From NCBI GenBank assembly GCA_048938385.1, contig JBHLMG010000004.1, positions 57,084 through 101,241 on the forward strand: a DNA stretch of 44,158 nt, read 5' to 3'. The translations under genes were made by a program, and so were the position numbers. The notes under the pieces were generated by a model. That model was not told the origin of the DNA. It ran no database searches and was given only the letters and a program-made list of their open reading frames with translations. Shown here piece by piece: positions 18,231 to 27,925 of this stretch; position 1 is the first letter of the stretch, and every line of letters begins with the position of its first letter. Source of the stretch: Promethearchaeota archaeon (GTDB lineage Archaea > Asgardarchaeota > Hermodarchaeia > Hermodarchaeales > Hermodarchaeaceae).

Positions 18231-18267
18231 AGAGCAGCGGGAACCGCTGCTCTGCCTTTTTCTTTTT
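18231..18267 (+). terminator. Hairpin plus T-tract terminator
   Basis: Perfect 10-bp stem AGAGCAGCGG-GAA-CCGCTGCTCT immediately after the stop, followed by GCCTTTTTCTTTTT. Confidence 0.7.
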
Positions 18268-18300
18268 CGTCAGACTTGGAGTAAGTTGTTATGAGAGAGC

Positions 18301-18591
18301 TTACCGGGCGCAACTGGGTTTCTGATAAGTAAGCCGATAACGAACTTTGAATGTAACCTCATCTTCTGCCTCGAAATCGACGACGGCGAGACTAATGGGT
18401 GAACGATCGTCCAGTTCGAAAATCAAGTCTTCAAAATAGTCTAACACGCCACAAGTTCGGCAGAAAGAACCTGTAAATCGAACATAGATCTCGTTGTTGT
18501 TGAAACTGACAAATTCTGCAAAAGCCTCAGGGTTACGAAGGCGGTTGAAGTTTGCAATTGCACGGGTTAGCGCATCAGGTGGCGTAGTCAT
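18301..18591 (-). CDS. Small CxxC protein, NifU-C-like
   Basis: VRFTGSFCRTCGVLDYFEDL resembles the NifU-C V.L.GAC..C motif. Confidence 0.7.
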   Translation of the reverse strand: MTTPPDALTRAIANFNRLRNPEAFAEFVSFNNNEIYVRFTGSFCRTCGVLDYFEDLIFELDDRSPISLAVVDFEAEDEVTFKVRYRLTYQKPSCAR

Positions 18592-18654
18592 AAATTCTAA
18601 CTCTCTTTCTTTCTGGTTTTGAGGGCTTCGGTTTTACCAACAATAGAGTCGTTG

Positions 18655-19554
18655 TTATTCAATGTTTGGAATCAGGCTTTGTGAAAGCCCCATTGCCATG
18701 ACTCGGATGAAGAGGGGGCGGGCTTTGGGGGGAAAGACTTCCAGTTCTTCAAGGAACCGTTTACTAACCGCTGTCATCACTGATTCTTGCGTGGGGGTGG
18801 TTTCCCAGGCTTGTTCGACTGTTTCTTTCCACGAATCTAAAGTTACTAGTGCACGATGAAAAATCACTGAAATATCTGAACCAGTTACCGCTCCGAAATG
18901 TGAGAACACGAGAAACTTTGGATCGTATCCCGTTAATTTCTCTATAGAGGATCGGTATGTGTCAAACTTGAAACTAGGTGGAAAGGAGGTCGGTGTCACA
19001 GTATACAATTTCGGACCAAGTAGCCCCAATGCATCTCCTGTATACATCGTGTGAGAGCTTGTTTCGAAGTATGTCAAGTGATCAGAGGTATGACCAGGGG
19101 TTCCGATAATCTCTAATTCCAAATCATTACCCAGGTCTATTCGGTCTCCTTCCTCAACTTCCCATGTCGTGATTTCTTCAGGGAGGGGTTGAATATCCTG
19201 GGCGTAGGGTCCGAATAGCTGCCGTGCCCCTTGGTTTAGGCGACTGGGATCATGAAGTGCTGCAATCGCGTACTTATGCCCAACCACTGTTGCGTTTGGA
19301 ATAGCGGAGGCTAAAGGGGTGGCTCCTCCACAGTGATCACCATGCCGATGGGTCACACAGATATAACGAAGACTGTTCAGAGTATTAGCTCTGGCTTTCA
19401 ATGCAGAGAGTATTTGTTCACCACACCGATGGTGTCCCGTTTCTAAGATGGCTGTGCTCTGACCACGAACGATCAGGCTAGCGGTTGTGTGATGGAAATC
19501 CCAACCTTGGACATCGATCAAATCGATATCCGCTGTCAACGCTCGAGGCTGCAT
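18655..19554 (-). CDS. MBL-fold metallo-hydrolase (glyoxalase II-like)
   Basis: THRHGDHCGG, TPGHTSDH, TGDALG, FSHFG. Start uncertain (19554, 19566 or 19626). Confidence 0.85.
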   Translation of the reverse strand: MQPRALTADIDLIDVQGWDFHHTTASLIVRGQSTAILETGHHRCGEQILSALKARANTLNSLRYICVTHRHGDHCGGATPLASAIPNATVVGHKYAIAALHDPSRLNQGARQLFGPYAQDIQPLPEEITTWEVEEGDRIDLGNDLELEIIGTPGHTSDHLTYFETSSHTMYTGDALGLLGPKLYTVTPTSFPPSFKFDTYRSSIEKLTGYDPKFLVFSHFGAVTGSDISVIFHRALVTLDSWKETVEQAWETTPTQESVMTAVSKRFLEELEVFPPKARPLFIRVMAMGLSQSLIPNIE

Positions 19555-19707
19555 AATGAAGGGCATTACTGTACACACCAAGGGCTGATATGTTGCTTGG
19601 AAACGAAAAGCCTTCCGAAAGCTCATTCAGCTATAAAACCGCTGGGATTCCCATCATTTTTAGTGTATGGCGGTGATTGAAAGAGTATCAGGTGTTCCGG
19701 TAAGGAT

Positions 19708-21363
19708 GTGACTGAAATGAAACGGTTTTGGCACAAAAGCTGGCCTGAAGGGTTACCTCATGATATCGAAATCCCTGATTCAACGATTCATGAGACTCTC
19801 AGCAGAACAGCGGAGCAGTATCCAGATAACCCAGCTTATTATTTCCAAGGTAAGGTGTTGACCTTTCACGAGGTTGACCTTCTCTCTAATCAGCTGGCTA
19901 ATGCTTTGATTCACTTAGGGGTTAACAAAGGCGATCGTGTTGCTTTTATGCTTCCCAATGTCCCTCAATCTCCCCTAGCGTTGTTTGGAATTCTCAAAAC
20001 AGGCGCTATCGTCACACCAGTTAATCCCCTGTTCAAACAACATGAACTGAATCATCAGTTAAATTCAGCAGGTGTTACACACCTGATTGCCCTCGATTTG
20101 TTTCGTGATGTAGTAGAAACCGGAAAGCAAGGGACATCCCTTAAATCCGTTATCTATACCCGTACGGGTGAATACCTAAGCAAAGCCAAAGCCGCTTTGG
20201 GACGAATAGCTCGAAAAATTCCTCACCCCAAACTTCCCTCAGGCTCCAACATTCACCACCTCCAAGATTTATTGAAACATCAACCTACCACAGCTCCTTC
20301 AATTGATGTATCTCCAAGAGATACTGCTACTCTGTTGTACACTGGTGGAACTACTGGACCTCCCAAGGGTGCGATGTTAAATCATCGGAATTTCATGTTT
20401 AATGCTCAAGTTGGAAGCCAATGGTTCCAGGTGCGATGGGGCGAGGAATGCTTCATCGGAATTTTACCTGCCTTTCACGCTTTTGGCTTTTCTTGCGTTA
20501 TCGTTCTCTCGGCTTTGATCGCTGCTTCAGTCGTGCTCATTCCCCGTCCTGACATTAAAGAGACACTGAAGAGCATCCAACAATATCAGGCGACAGTGTT
20601 AGTTGGCGTCCCAACATTATATGTATCGCTTTTAGCCAGTCCCTTGTTAAAGCAGTATAATATTAGTAGCCTTGAAAACTGCTTTTCAGGGGCTGCGTCA
20701 TTGCCTATCGAAGTGCTAGAACAATTTCAGCGAACAACAGGAAGCTACATCGTTGAAGGCTATGGCATGACTGAAACCTCCCCGATTCTTACACTAATTC
20801 CACAAGGGGTACTTCGCCCTGGCGCTGTCGGACTTCCCACATTTAATACCGACATTAAGATTGTGGATCAAACCGATGACACTAAAGAGCTGCCGATTGG
20901 TGAATGGGGTGAAATTCTAGCAAAGGGGCCTCAGGTATTTCAGGGCTACTGGAACGATCCAGAGACTACGGCAGAAACGCTTCGAGGAGGCTGGTTACAC
21001 ACCGGGGATTTGGGTCGATTTGATGAAGATGGATACCTCTATATTGGTGACCGAAAGAAAGACCTCATTAAACGTAGTGGCTATTCAGTCTTTCCGGCAG
21101 AAGTTGAAGCCTTGCTTTACCGCCATCCTGCTCTCGCTGAATGTGCTGTCATTGGGGTCCCTGAACCACGGGTTGGTGAGGAAGTCAAAGCGTTCATTGT
21201 ACTCAAACCCGAATATAAAGGCACAATCACGGAGGATGAAATCCGGGAATGGAGTAAGCAGGAAATGGCTGCTTACAAGTATCCGCGTCTCATTGAGTTC
21301 CGAGATGAATTACCCAAATCTGCGGTGGGAAAAATCCTTCGGCGTGAACTTCGAGAAATGTAA
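19708..21363 (+). CDS. Long-chain fatty acid--CoA ligase
   Basis: YTGGTTGPPKG, EGYGMTETSP, WLHTGDLG, DRKKDLIK, PKSAVGKILRR. Confidence 0.93.
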   Translation: MTEMKRFWHKSWPEGLPHDIEIPDSTIHETLSRTAEQYPDNPAYYFQGKVLTFHEVDLLSNQLANALIHLGVNKGDRVAFMLPNVPQSPLALFGILKTGAIVTPVNPLFKQHELNHQLNSAGVTHLIALDLFRDVVETGKQGTSLKSVIYTRTGEYLSKAKAALGRIARKIPHPKLPSGSNIHHLQDLLKHQPTTAPSIDVSPRDTATLLYTGGTTGPPKGAMLNHRNFMFNAQVGSQWFQVRWGEECFIGILPAFHAFGFSCVIVLSALIAASVVLIPRPDIKETLKSIQQYQATVLVGVPTLYVSLLASPLLKQYNISSLENCFSGAASLPIEVLEQFQRTTGSYIVEGYGMTETSPILTLIPQGVLRPGAVGLPTFNTDIKIVDQTDDTKELPIGEWGEILAKGPQVFQGYWNDPETTAETLRGGWLHTGDLGRFDEDGYLYIGDRKKDLIKRSGYSVFPAEVEALLYRHPALAECAVIGVPEPRVGEEVKAFIVLKPEYKGTITEDEIREWSKQEMAAYKYPRLIEFRDELPKSAVGKILRRELREM

Positions 21364-21534
21364 GGTTTGTTATTCGCTAACTCTGTCCACTATCTGAAAA
21401 ATCTCTGTACAGAGGTTTCATAAACCCAATGGCACCAATCACTTAGAAGTTTACTTCGAATTCAACTCCCAAAGCTGAAAAAGGTTTTTTGCCTTTCATC
21501 CATTTGACACATTCAAATAAGAGTTACAACCTTC

Positions 21535-22245
21535 ATGAATCAAAAGAGGGTTCTTTCATTGGAAAATGCACCAATCCGAATCACTCGGCACACCTATTGT
21601 GTTGGTGGTCCTAACATCACAGACCCAGATGATTGCTTCATCTACCTCATTGACTTGGAAGGCTATTACATCTTAATCGATGCGGGGCTTGGTCGTAGCA
21701 TCGATCGGATTCTCCGCAACATCAACCAATTAGGCATTCAAACTCATAACATCGACTTAATCGTTCTCACCCACGAACACGCCGATCATATTGGTGGTGC
21801 TGCGGCTTTGCGAACTCGGTGTAACGCAAAGATTGCAGCTCATGAAGAGGCTGCATCTGCTATAAGTCAGGGAAATCCACATGCCACTGGTGCTGAGATG
21901 TATCGGCTTGAGTTGGTGCCAACTCCTGTTGATGTTTCCCTCTCGAGTGATGCTGGTGCTGTTCCCATTGGGGATGGTCGACTGCGGTTTTTACATACGC
22001 CGGGGCATACGCCGGGTAGCATTGTTCTTTACTATAATGATGGGGACCGTCGGGTGCTGTTTGGTCAAGACCTTCATGGTCCTTTCAACACGGCCTGGGG
22101 CAGCAACATTAAACAATGGCGTACCTCAATGAACCTCGTTCTAGCGCTTAAAGCCGATATCCTCTGTGAAGGACACATGGGCGTATATCGTGGTAAGTCT
22201 GCGGTTCGCCAGTTTATCCTAGGGTTATTAGAACAGCAAGCATAA
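21535..22245 (+). CDS. MBL-fold metallo-hydrolase
   Basis: IDAG, THEHADHIGG, HTPGHTPG, GQD, CEGH. Confidence 0.88.
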   Translation: MNQKRVLSLENAPIRITRHTYCVGGPNITDPDDCFIYLIDLEGYYILIDAGLGRSIDRILRNINQLGIQTHNIDLIVLTHEHADHIGGAAALRTRCNAKIAAHEEAASAISQGNPHATGAEMYRLELVPTPVDVSLSSDAGAVPIGDGRLRFLHTPGHTPGSIVLYYNDGDRRVLFGQDLHGPFNTAWGSNIKQWRTSMNLVLALKADILCEGHMGVYRGKSAVRQFILGLLEQQA

Positions 22246-22255
22246 CCTTTCTAGC

Positions 22256-23425
22256 TTATTTTTGGCGTTCTATGATTGTCGCTGTTCCCAAACCCAATCC
22301 GCAACAAAAGGTTGCTAATCCATATCGGCTATTTTGGTGTTCCATGACATTGAGCAGGGTTGTAATTACGCGGGCTCCGGAGGCACCAAGGGGATGTCCC
22401 AGTGCAATCGAGCCACCATGGGCGTTTAAGCGTGGGTCCTTTAGTGGGTCGAATCCCAGCATTTTTCCTGCAGCGATCACGACGCTTGCAAAGGCTTCAT
22501 TCACTTCAATTGCATCCAACTCATCGATGGTAAGGCCTGCGCGTTCAAGGCACGGTGGTGTTGCGTAGATTGGACCTTCAAGGCAAACGACAGGCTCGGT
22601 TCCTACAACCGCCTGTGATTTAACTACAGCTCGAATTTTCAAGTTGTGCTGTTCTGCAGCTTCGCGTGACATGAGCATCACCGCTGCGGCACCATCGTTG
22701 ACAGGACATGCATTTCCGGCTGTAATTTTTCCGCCAAAAAGGGGTGGTAACTTCGCTAGTTTTTCTAACGATGTGTCTGGTCGCAGGCTCTCATCCTTTT
22801 CGATTGTTACAAAACTTCCATCTTCTTGTCGAGCAGGTGTCGGAACCACCTCGTTGTCGAATTTTCCAGTATCCCAGGCGGCCACAGCCTTTTGGTGGCT
22901 CCAAAGGGCGAACTTGTCTAAATCCTCTCGAGGAATTTCATATTTTTCTGCCATGCGATCTGCTGACATGGGCATCGGAATGAACTGGTACTTCTTTGCG
23001 AGTTCCGGATTAAAGGCTGCAAATCCCTCACCAAAATCCGCTCCGATAGGAAGCCAACTCATGTGTTCTACTCCCGCTGCGATGATGATGTCAGCGTTAT
23101 GCGTTCCAATGGATTGAGCTGCAAAGTTCACAGCTTGTTGGGAGGAGCCACAAGCCCGGTTAATGCTACATCCAGGAACGGTATAGGGAAAATCCGCTCC
23201 TAGCAAGGCAAGTCTCCCGATGTTCGCTCCCTGCCAGGCAGTTTGCGTGTTACACCCCATCATGACATCATCAATTTCCTTAGGATCGACTTTCGTGCGT
23301 TTCGCGATTTCACGCAGCACATGTGAAGCTAGCTCATCGGGACGAGTATGAGCATAGGCACGATCTCGTCTCCCAATGGGTGTTCGGATGGCATCGACAA
23401 TAACGGTATCACGAAGCGTTTTCAT
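22256..23425 (-). CDS. fadA: 3-ketoacyl-CoA thiolase (canonical degradative type)
   Basis: RTPIG, INRACGSS (nucleophile Cys), AGVEHMS, NDGAAA, NEAFA, GHPLGASG, CCGLGLG. ATG at 23425 preferred over the track start 23542. Confidence 0.9.
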   Translation of the reverse strand: MKTLRDTVIVDAIRTPIGRRDRAYAHTRPDELASHVLREIAKRTKVDPKEIDDVMMGCNTQTAWQGANIGRLALLGADFPYTVPGCSINRACGSSQQAVNFAAQSIGTHNADIIIAAGVEHMSWLPIGADFGEGFAAFNPELAKKYQFIPMPMSADRMAEKYEIPREDLDKFALWSHQKAVAAWDTGKFDNEVVPTPARQEDGSFVTIEKDESLRPDTSLEKLAKLPPLFGGKITAGNACPVNDGAAAVMLMSREAAEQHNLKIRAVVKSQAVVGTEPVVCLEGPIYATPPCLERAGLTIDELDAIEVNEAFASVVIAAGKMLGFDPLKDPRLNAHGGSIALGHPLGASGARVITTLLNVMEHQNSRYGLATFCCGLGLGTATIIERQK

Positions 23426-23441
23426 TTTCTTTGCACCTGTA

Positions 23442-24227
23442 CTACTCATTCTTGTACTTGGGTTTTCGTTTTTGGAGGAAAGCAGCAATTCCTTCGGATA
23501 GATCTTTTGTTGTGAACATTTTCCCAAATGCGTGTGCTTCATAGGCTAGCCCAACTTCGAGGGGTACCTGTGCTCCATAATTCAGACACTGTTTTGTCAT
23601 TCGTAGCGCGATAGGAGATTGGGCTGCTAAGGTGGTGGCAAACTTCTGCACTTCCTCCTCAAAGGCTTCGTTAGGAAACACGCGATCCACTAGACCAATC
23701 TCTAAGGCCTCGTTTGCAGTAAAGCGCTTGGCAAACATGATAGCTTCACGAGCTTTTGCTAAGCCAATGATTCGGGGCATCCGCTGAGTTCCACCCCAAC
23801 CTGGAATTAAAGATAGGTTTACTTCAGTAAGTCCGATTTTTGCACTTTCTGCTGCTAATCGGAAATCACAAGCTAAGGCTAATTCTAAACCACCACCAAA
23901 GGCATAGCCATTAATGGCTGCAATTACTGGTTGGGGCAGTTTCTCTATCATCCCAAAAAGCTCATGTCCCTTCGATGATAGATATTGTCCTCGGATAGGT
24001 GTCACGCCTGTGAACTCCGTGATATCTGCTCCTGCCGAGAAGGCTTTTTCACCAGCTCCGGTGATGATGACGACATGAGTGTTTTTGTCTTCTTCTAAAT
24101 CGATGAGGTTTTCTTGAATACCACTCACGAGGTCAGCATTAAAGGTGTTTAATTTCTCGGGGCGATTCAGAATTAACCAAGTAATCTTGGTTTCGGTGTC
24201 TTTCTTGAGGAGAACTGCTTTTGACAT
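23442..24227 (-). CDS. Enoyl-CoA hydratase / crotonase
   Basis: LNRPEKLN, AFSAGADI, AAINGYAFGGGLELALACD, TEVNLSLIPGWGGTQR. GAGGTGA SD before ATG 24227. Confidence 0.92.
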   Translation of the reverse strand: MSKAVLLKKDTETKITWLILNRPEKLNTFNADLVSGIQENLIDLEEDKNTHVVIITGAGEKAFSAGADITEFTGVTPIRGQYLSSKGHELFGMIEKLPQPVIAAINGYAFGGGLELALACDFRLAAESAKIGLTEVNLSLIPGWGGTQRMPRIIGLAKAREAIMFAKRFTANEALEIGLVDRVFPNEAFEEEVQKFATTLAAQSPIALRMTKQCLNYGAQVPLEVGLAYEAHAFGKMFTTKDLSEGIAAFLQKRKPKYKNE

Positions 24228-24375
24228 GTTTTTCACCTCAAAAGTTGTTCTCAAGATATACCGCTCTTAGACGATAAGCGTTGTGATGATTTCACTCCGT
24301 TAAAGTAAAAGTTCACAAGGAATGCCAGTGTGGCAGAGCAACATTAACCCACGCTCTAAGAGTCCCAACGGACTT

Positions 24376-25689
24376 CTATTGCAGTTTTAACATCTCTCCG
24401 CATGTTGCCGCGATGGCATCGTACCCAAAACGAGTGCGCAAAGTTTTGGCGAGGTTCTCACAAGCGGCTCTTTGACCATGCATTGTGAGAATCTTCGGAT
24501 TCCCTTGAACTCGTTTAACAAAATTCAAGATATCCGTGCGATCTACATGACATGAAAAATTAAAGGAGTTCACCTTTGCTTTAACCTTGAGCGTAACTGG
24601 CTTCTTTTTCCCGGAATTTAGGGTTATGCGCTGATTTTCTAAAAGTTCAGCTCCAGGTGTTCCAGGAAGTTGTTTGCCCACTAGGAAAACGCTGCTCCGG
24701 GCATCAGCTGCGATTCGCTGGAGATAATGTTGAGCTGAACCACCTTTGAGCATTCCTGCGGGAGCGATAATGATTGCAGGTTCTTGGGTTGCTGCCTCGC
24801 GGTCTGATTCATTTCGAATAAAAACGGCTTGTTCCGCAACCTTTGTCAACCCATTTCCACCCGAAAAACCCTTTGTATTCTCCAACATGACACGCGTTAC
24901 TTTGCGTGCCATTCCATCCACGAAAATAGGATAATTCAGACCCCGGTGTCGATATCGATTTATTACCATCATGATTTCTTGAGAACGCCCTACCGCAAAG
25001 GCAGGAACAAGCACAGTTCCCCCCTCCTCGAGGGTTGTTCGAGTCGCCTCAATGAAAGTCTTTTCGGTCTCCTTCCGGGAGGGATGGTGTTCAAGGGCAT
25101 ATGTGCTTTCAATAATCACCAAATCCAATTCTCCAAGACGCCTGGGATTAGCTGCGCCATTGACTAGCTGCGTATTCCTTGTATTAAGGTCTCCAGTGTA
25201 AAGGATACGAGCAGCTCCTCCACCGTTGGCTTCAGTTTCAACGAGGATCGAGGCACTCCCTGGAATGTGACCCGCATCGAGGAGAGTAACCCGCATCTTC
25301 GGGTGAACTTGAATGGGTTTTTCGTAGCCAACAGTTTCAGTGTTTTGAAGGAGGTTTTGCACTTCTGGTTTTTCAAACGCCAAGGCGTTACCTCCAATTC
25401 GGAGCATATCCGCAAGGAGAAGTTGTACGAGTTTCTTCGTTAAGGTTGTAGAGTACATAGGGACACTATGTGTTTGACTTCCTGCAATTAACGGCAGGCT
25501 TCCGCTATGATCTAAATGGGCGTGCGAAAGGACGCTTGTGAGATTATGTGTCGCGATTGGGAGGGGTACACGACGGGTACCGTTGAAGGCGGTACCATAG
25601 TCCATGACGACTCGGGCTCCAGCGTGTTCCACTAACACACTTGAAGCGCCAACCGTGTGGCACCCACCAAGGAAGGTTACTTTTGTCAT
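24376..25689 (-). CDS. beta-CASP metallo-beta-lactamase ribonuclease (archaeal aCPSF2-like, no KH domains)
   Basis: LGGC.TVGAS, SHAHLDHSG, DAGHIPGS, YTGD, IESTY, PAFAVGRSQE, AGMLKGG, FSCH, MHG. Confidence 0.9.
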   Translation of the reverse strand: MTKVTFLGGCHTVGASSVLVEHAGARVVMDYGTAFNGTRRVPLPIATHNLTSVLSHAHLDHSGSLPLIAGSQTHSVPMYSTTLTKKLVQLLLADMLRIGGNALAFEKPEVQNLLQNTETVGYEKPIQVHPKMRVTLLDAGHIPGSASILVETEANGGGAARILYTGDLNTRNTQLVNGAANPRRLGELDLVIIESTYALEHHPSRKETEKTFIEATRTTLEEGGTVLVPAFAVGRSQEIMMVINRYRHRGLNYPIFVDGMARKVTRVMLENTKGFSGGNGLTKVAEQAVFIRNESDREAATQEPAIIIAPAGMLKGGSAQHYLQRIAADARSSVFLVGKQLPGTPGAELLENQRITLNSGKKKPVTLKVKAKVNSFNFSCHVDRTDILNFVKRVQGNPKILTMHGQRAACENLAKTLRTRFGYDAIAATCGEMLKLQ

Positions 25690-25729
25690 TTTTCATTCCC
25701 TCTAAGGTTGTAATCGTGACAAGTCAACT

Positions 25730-25892
25730 CGTGTCATCTGAACCTTTCTACTTGTTCAGTGCCCACGAGCCAGGTAAATGCTCTTTCCACTCCGCCTCAT
25801 CTGAAGGTTCATATTCTGAATCCTTCGCGCAGGTGGATTAATCGTCGCTCCGTCTTTCACCCCGATCAAGGAAATCGTTGGGGTGTGACACG
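25730..25892 (-). ncRNA. Candidate structured RNA / long 5' leader upstream of the beta-CASP RNase gene
   Basis: Multi-branch pairing seen by eye: 7-bp closing stem, CACCC..CGAU/AUCGGGGUG hairpin, AAUCC/GGAUU, 8-bp UGAACCUU/AAGGUUCA. TATA-like TTTAAAAA on the minus strand near 25939-25946. Confidence 0.35.
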
Positions 25893-25958
25893 GCGGTGAA
25901 CACTTATCTCTTGTCTGGTTTGATGGAGGGAGTGGGGATTTTTAAAGTTTCTGATTAG

Positions 25959-26858
25959 CTAGGCCGCCTTGAGGGGGGAGGGGAGTGTTCCAAAGAGAGT
26001 TTTGTATCTCTGTTGGAGTTGCTCAAGAACCTTGGCAGGTACTGGAAGCGAACCAAGATCCGCCTTCCCAGGGACAGCCCCGTGATAGTCAGAGCCTCCT
26101 GTGATAATCAAATCGTATTCTTGCGCTAGTTCGTGTAAAAGCGCAAGATTCGACTCAATAGCCGCATACCATTCAGAGGACAGCCCAGTTACTTGGTGAT
26201 AGGGATAGTAATACTCGATTCCTTGGAGCTGAGAGGGAATCAACATCTCAATGAACTGCCGGGGAGATATTTCAACCGTGAGCGGATGAGCAATTACAGG
26301 TACTCCTTGAGCATTCAAAATCGTTTGAATACCCTCCGCAATAGTGGGACGCGGGCGCTCGGCATAAGCTGGTCGCCCCTGGGCTAGATATTTCTCAAAT
26401 GCCTCGTCAAAAGAGGAAACAATCCCATTTCGAACAAGGACACGGGCAAGGTGAGGACGACCCGTCGACTCACCCCTTGCCTCTGCTTCCACCTCATGTT
26501 GATCAATCTCTATACCCAACTCTCGCAATCGAGCCAGCATCTCTGGCAACCTAGCTTCCCGACCCGCGCGCATCCATTCTAGCAAGGACACCAATCCCTG
26601 ATCCAAGGGATTAAGATAGAATCCCAGTAGATGGACGCGATAATCCTTCCATTTACAGCTGATTTCAACACCTGGAACCACTTCAAGCCCTAAATTTGTT
26701 CCAGCTCTGACTCCCTCATCTACACCTTGAACTGTATCGTGATCTGTAATTGCGATTCCTACTAAGCCTAGCGCCTTTGCTTTTGCTACTATTTGAGTAG
26801 GCGATTCCGTTCCGTCGGAAGCGGTTGTATGCACATGAAGATCTACATACTCGGGCAG
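25959..26858 (-). CDS. PHP-domain phosphoesterase
   Basis: DLHVHTTASDG, ITDHD, PGVEIS, VHLLG, GRPHLA, IAHP, TGGSDYHG. The start must be CTG at 26858 to include the HxH motif. Confidence 0.9.
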   Translation of the reverse strand: MPEYVDLHVHTTASDGTESPTQIVAKAKALGLVGIAITDHDTVQGVDEGVRAGTNLGLEVVPGVEISCKWKDYRVHLLGFYLNPLDQGLVSLLEWMRAGREARLPEMLARLRELGIEIDQHEVEAEARGESTGRPHLARVLVRNGIVSSFDEAFEKYLAQGRPAYAERPRPTIAEGIQTILNAQGVPVIAHPLTVEISPRQFIEMLIPSQLQGIEYYYPYHQVTGLSSEWYAAIESNLALLHELAQEYDLIITGGSDYHGAVPGKADLGSLPVPAKVLEQLQQRYKTLFGTLPSPLKAA

Positions 26859-26874
26859 TGTTTATCTCCTCGCA

Positions 26875-27774
26875 TCAATGGGTACTATCTATGGGAAAGT
26901 CAGTGAGACGGTCCCGTATAACCTTTAGGGATTCCAAGGCATCCTGGAGACTCAGCTCAAAGATGATTGTTCCATCGTAGTTCCTTTCTAATAGGGCAGA
27001 AAGAAAATCCTCGATCGGTAACATACCAGTGCCTAAGGCTTGGTGATCGTAGCGTCGAACAATTCCTCCTTCGCTGGCCATTTGTCCTCCATCGTGGAGG
27101 TGTACCTCCCTAATTCGACTGAAGTATCGGTCAATGAACTCCAAAATTCCAATGTCACCAGAAAACCCTGCCAACAAATGCCCAGTATCTAGACAAACTC
27201 CGGTATTCAGTGCCTCGGCAATTTGCCAAGTTGCCTCAAACGGAAACTCCACATTCTCTAAGGCTAGCTTCTCTGAGGGAATACCTGTCTGGTCTAAAAT
27301 TTCTTCCACGCTTTGTTTCGAGTGCATCTTGAAGTACTCAGTAACCATTCTAGCAAAAGGATTGGGTAGCTCTAACCGGTTAAACTCTGCCGCCAATGCA
27401 CCGGTATTGTGCAACACGTAAACTTCAGGGTTTAATGGTTTCACAAGCTCGATCGCATCAACCGTACAGGCAACGGAAGCTTCTCGGATAAACTGATTCG
27501 GTGTAGCTGGTTCGATAGCCCATAATGGAAGATGCGCAGTAAATGTGAGATCAAGCTCTTCTTTCACCATTCGTAGGGCTTCTACAGCTTGCTCAGATAA
27601 TCCGCCTGGGAGTACATACCGCACATCCAAGGTTAGCTCTATAAGCGAAAAGCCTTGAGCATAAATCTCACGAATAATCGCCGCATAATCAAACCGTGTA
27701 AAATCTGGTGAACCACTCACCCCTACAATACCCAAGGTATTGTCGAATTGCAAAGGTGTTATTCCAAACCGCAC
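26875..27774 (-). CDS. AP-endonuclease-2 / xylose-isomerase-like TIM barrel (CbiR-like)
   Basis: TAHLP, VLH, LALENV, CLDTGH, EVHLHDG, DHQALGTG, IIFEL. Confidence 0.8.
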   Translation of the reverse strand: MRFGITPLQFDNTLGIVGVSGSPDFTRFDYAAIIREIYAQGFSLIELTLDVRYVLPGGLSEQAVEALRMVKEELDLTFTAHLPLWAIEPATPNQFIREASVACTVDAIELVKPLNPEVYVLHNTGALAAEFNRLELPNPFARMVTEYFKMHSKQSVEEILDQTGIPSEKLALENVEFPFEATWQIAEALNTGVCLDTGHLLAGFSGDIGILEFIDRYFSRIREVHLHDGGQMASEGGIVRRYDHQALGTGMLPIEDFLSALLERNYDGTIIFELSLQDALESLKVIRDRLTDFPIDSTH

Positions 27775-27925
27775 GCTAACAACCCCAGTACTTCCTGTAG
27801 GCTAGACTTTCTCTATACTTTAAAAGTCAGCGTCATGCGAACCAGGTACAAAGGCAAACAAGTAAAAGGAACATCCTGCTGCTAACAACCAGTCATACAA
27901 CCTAATTCATGGAGAGTAGTTGAAG

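Noticed and set aside
25850-25875. FMN riboswitch-like CGGGGTGAAA on the minus strand
   Set aside because: The remaining FMN aptamer consensus is absent.
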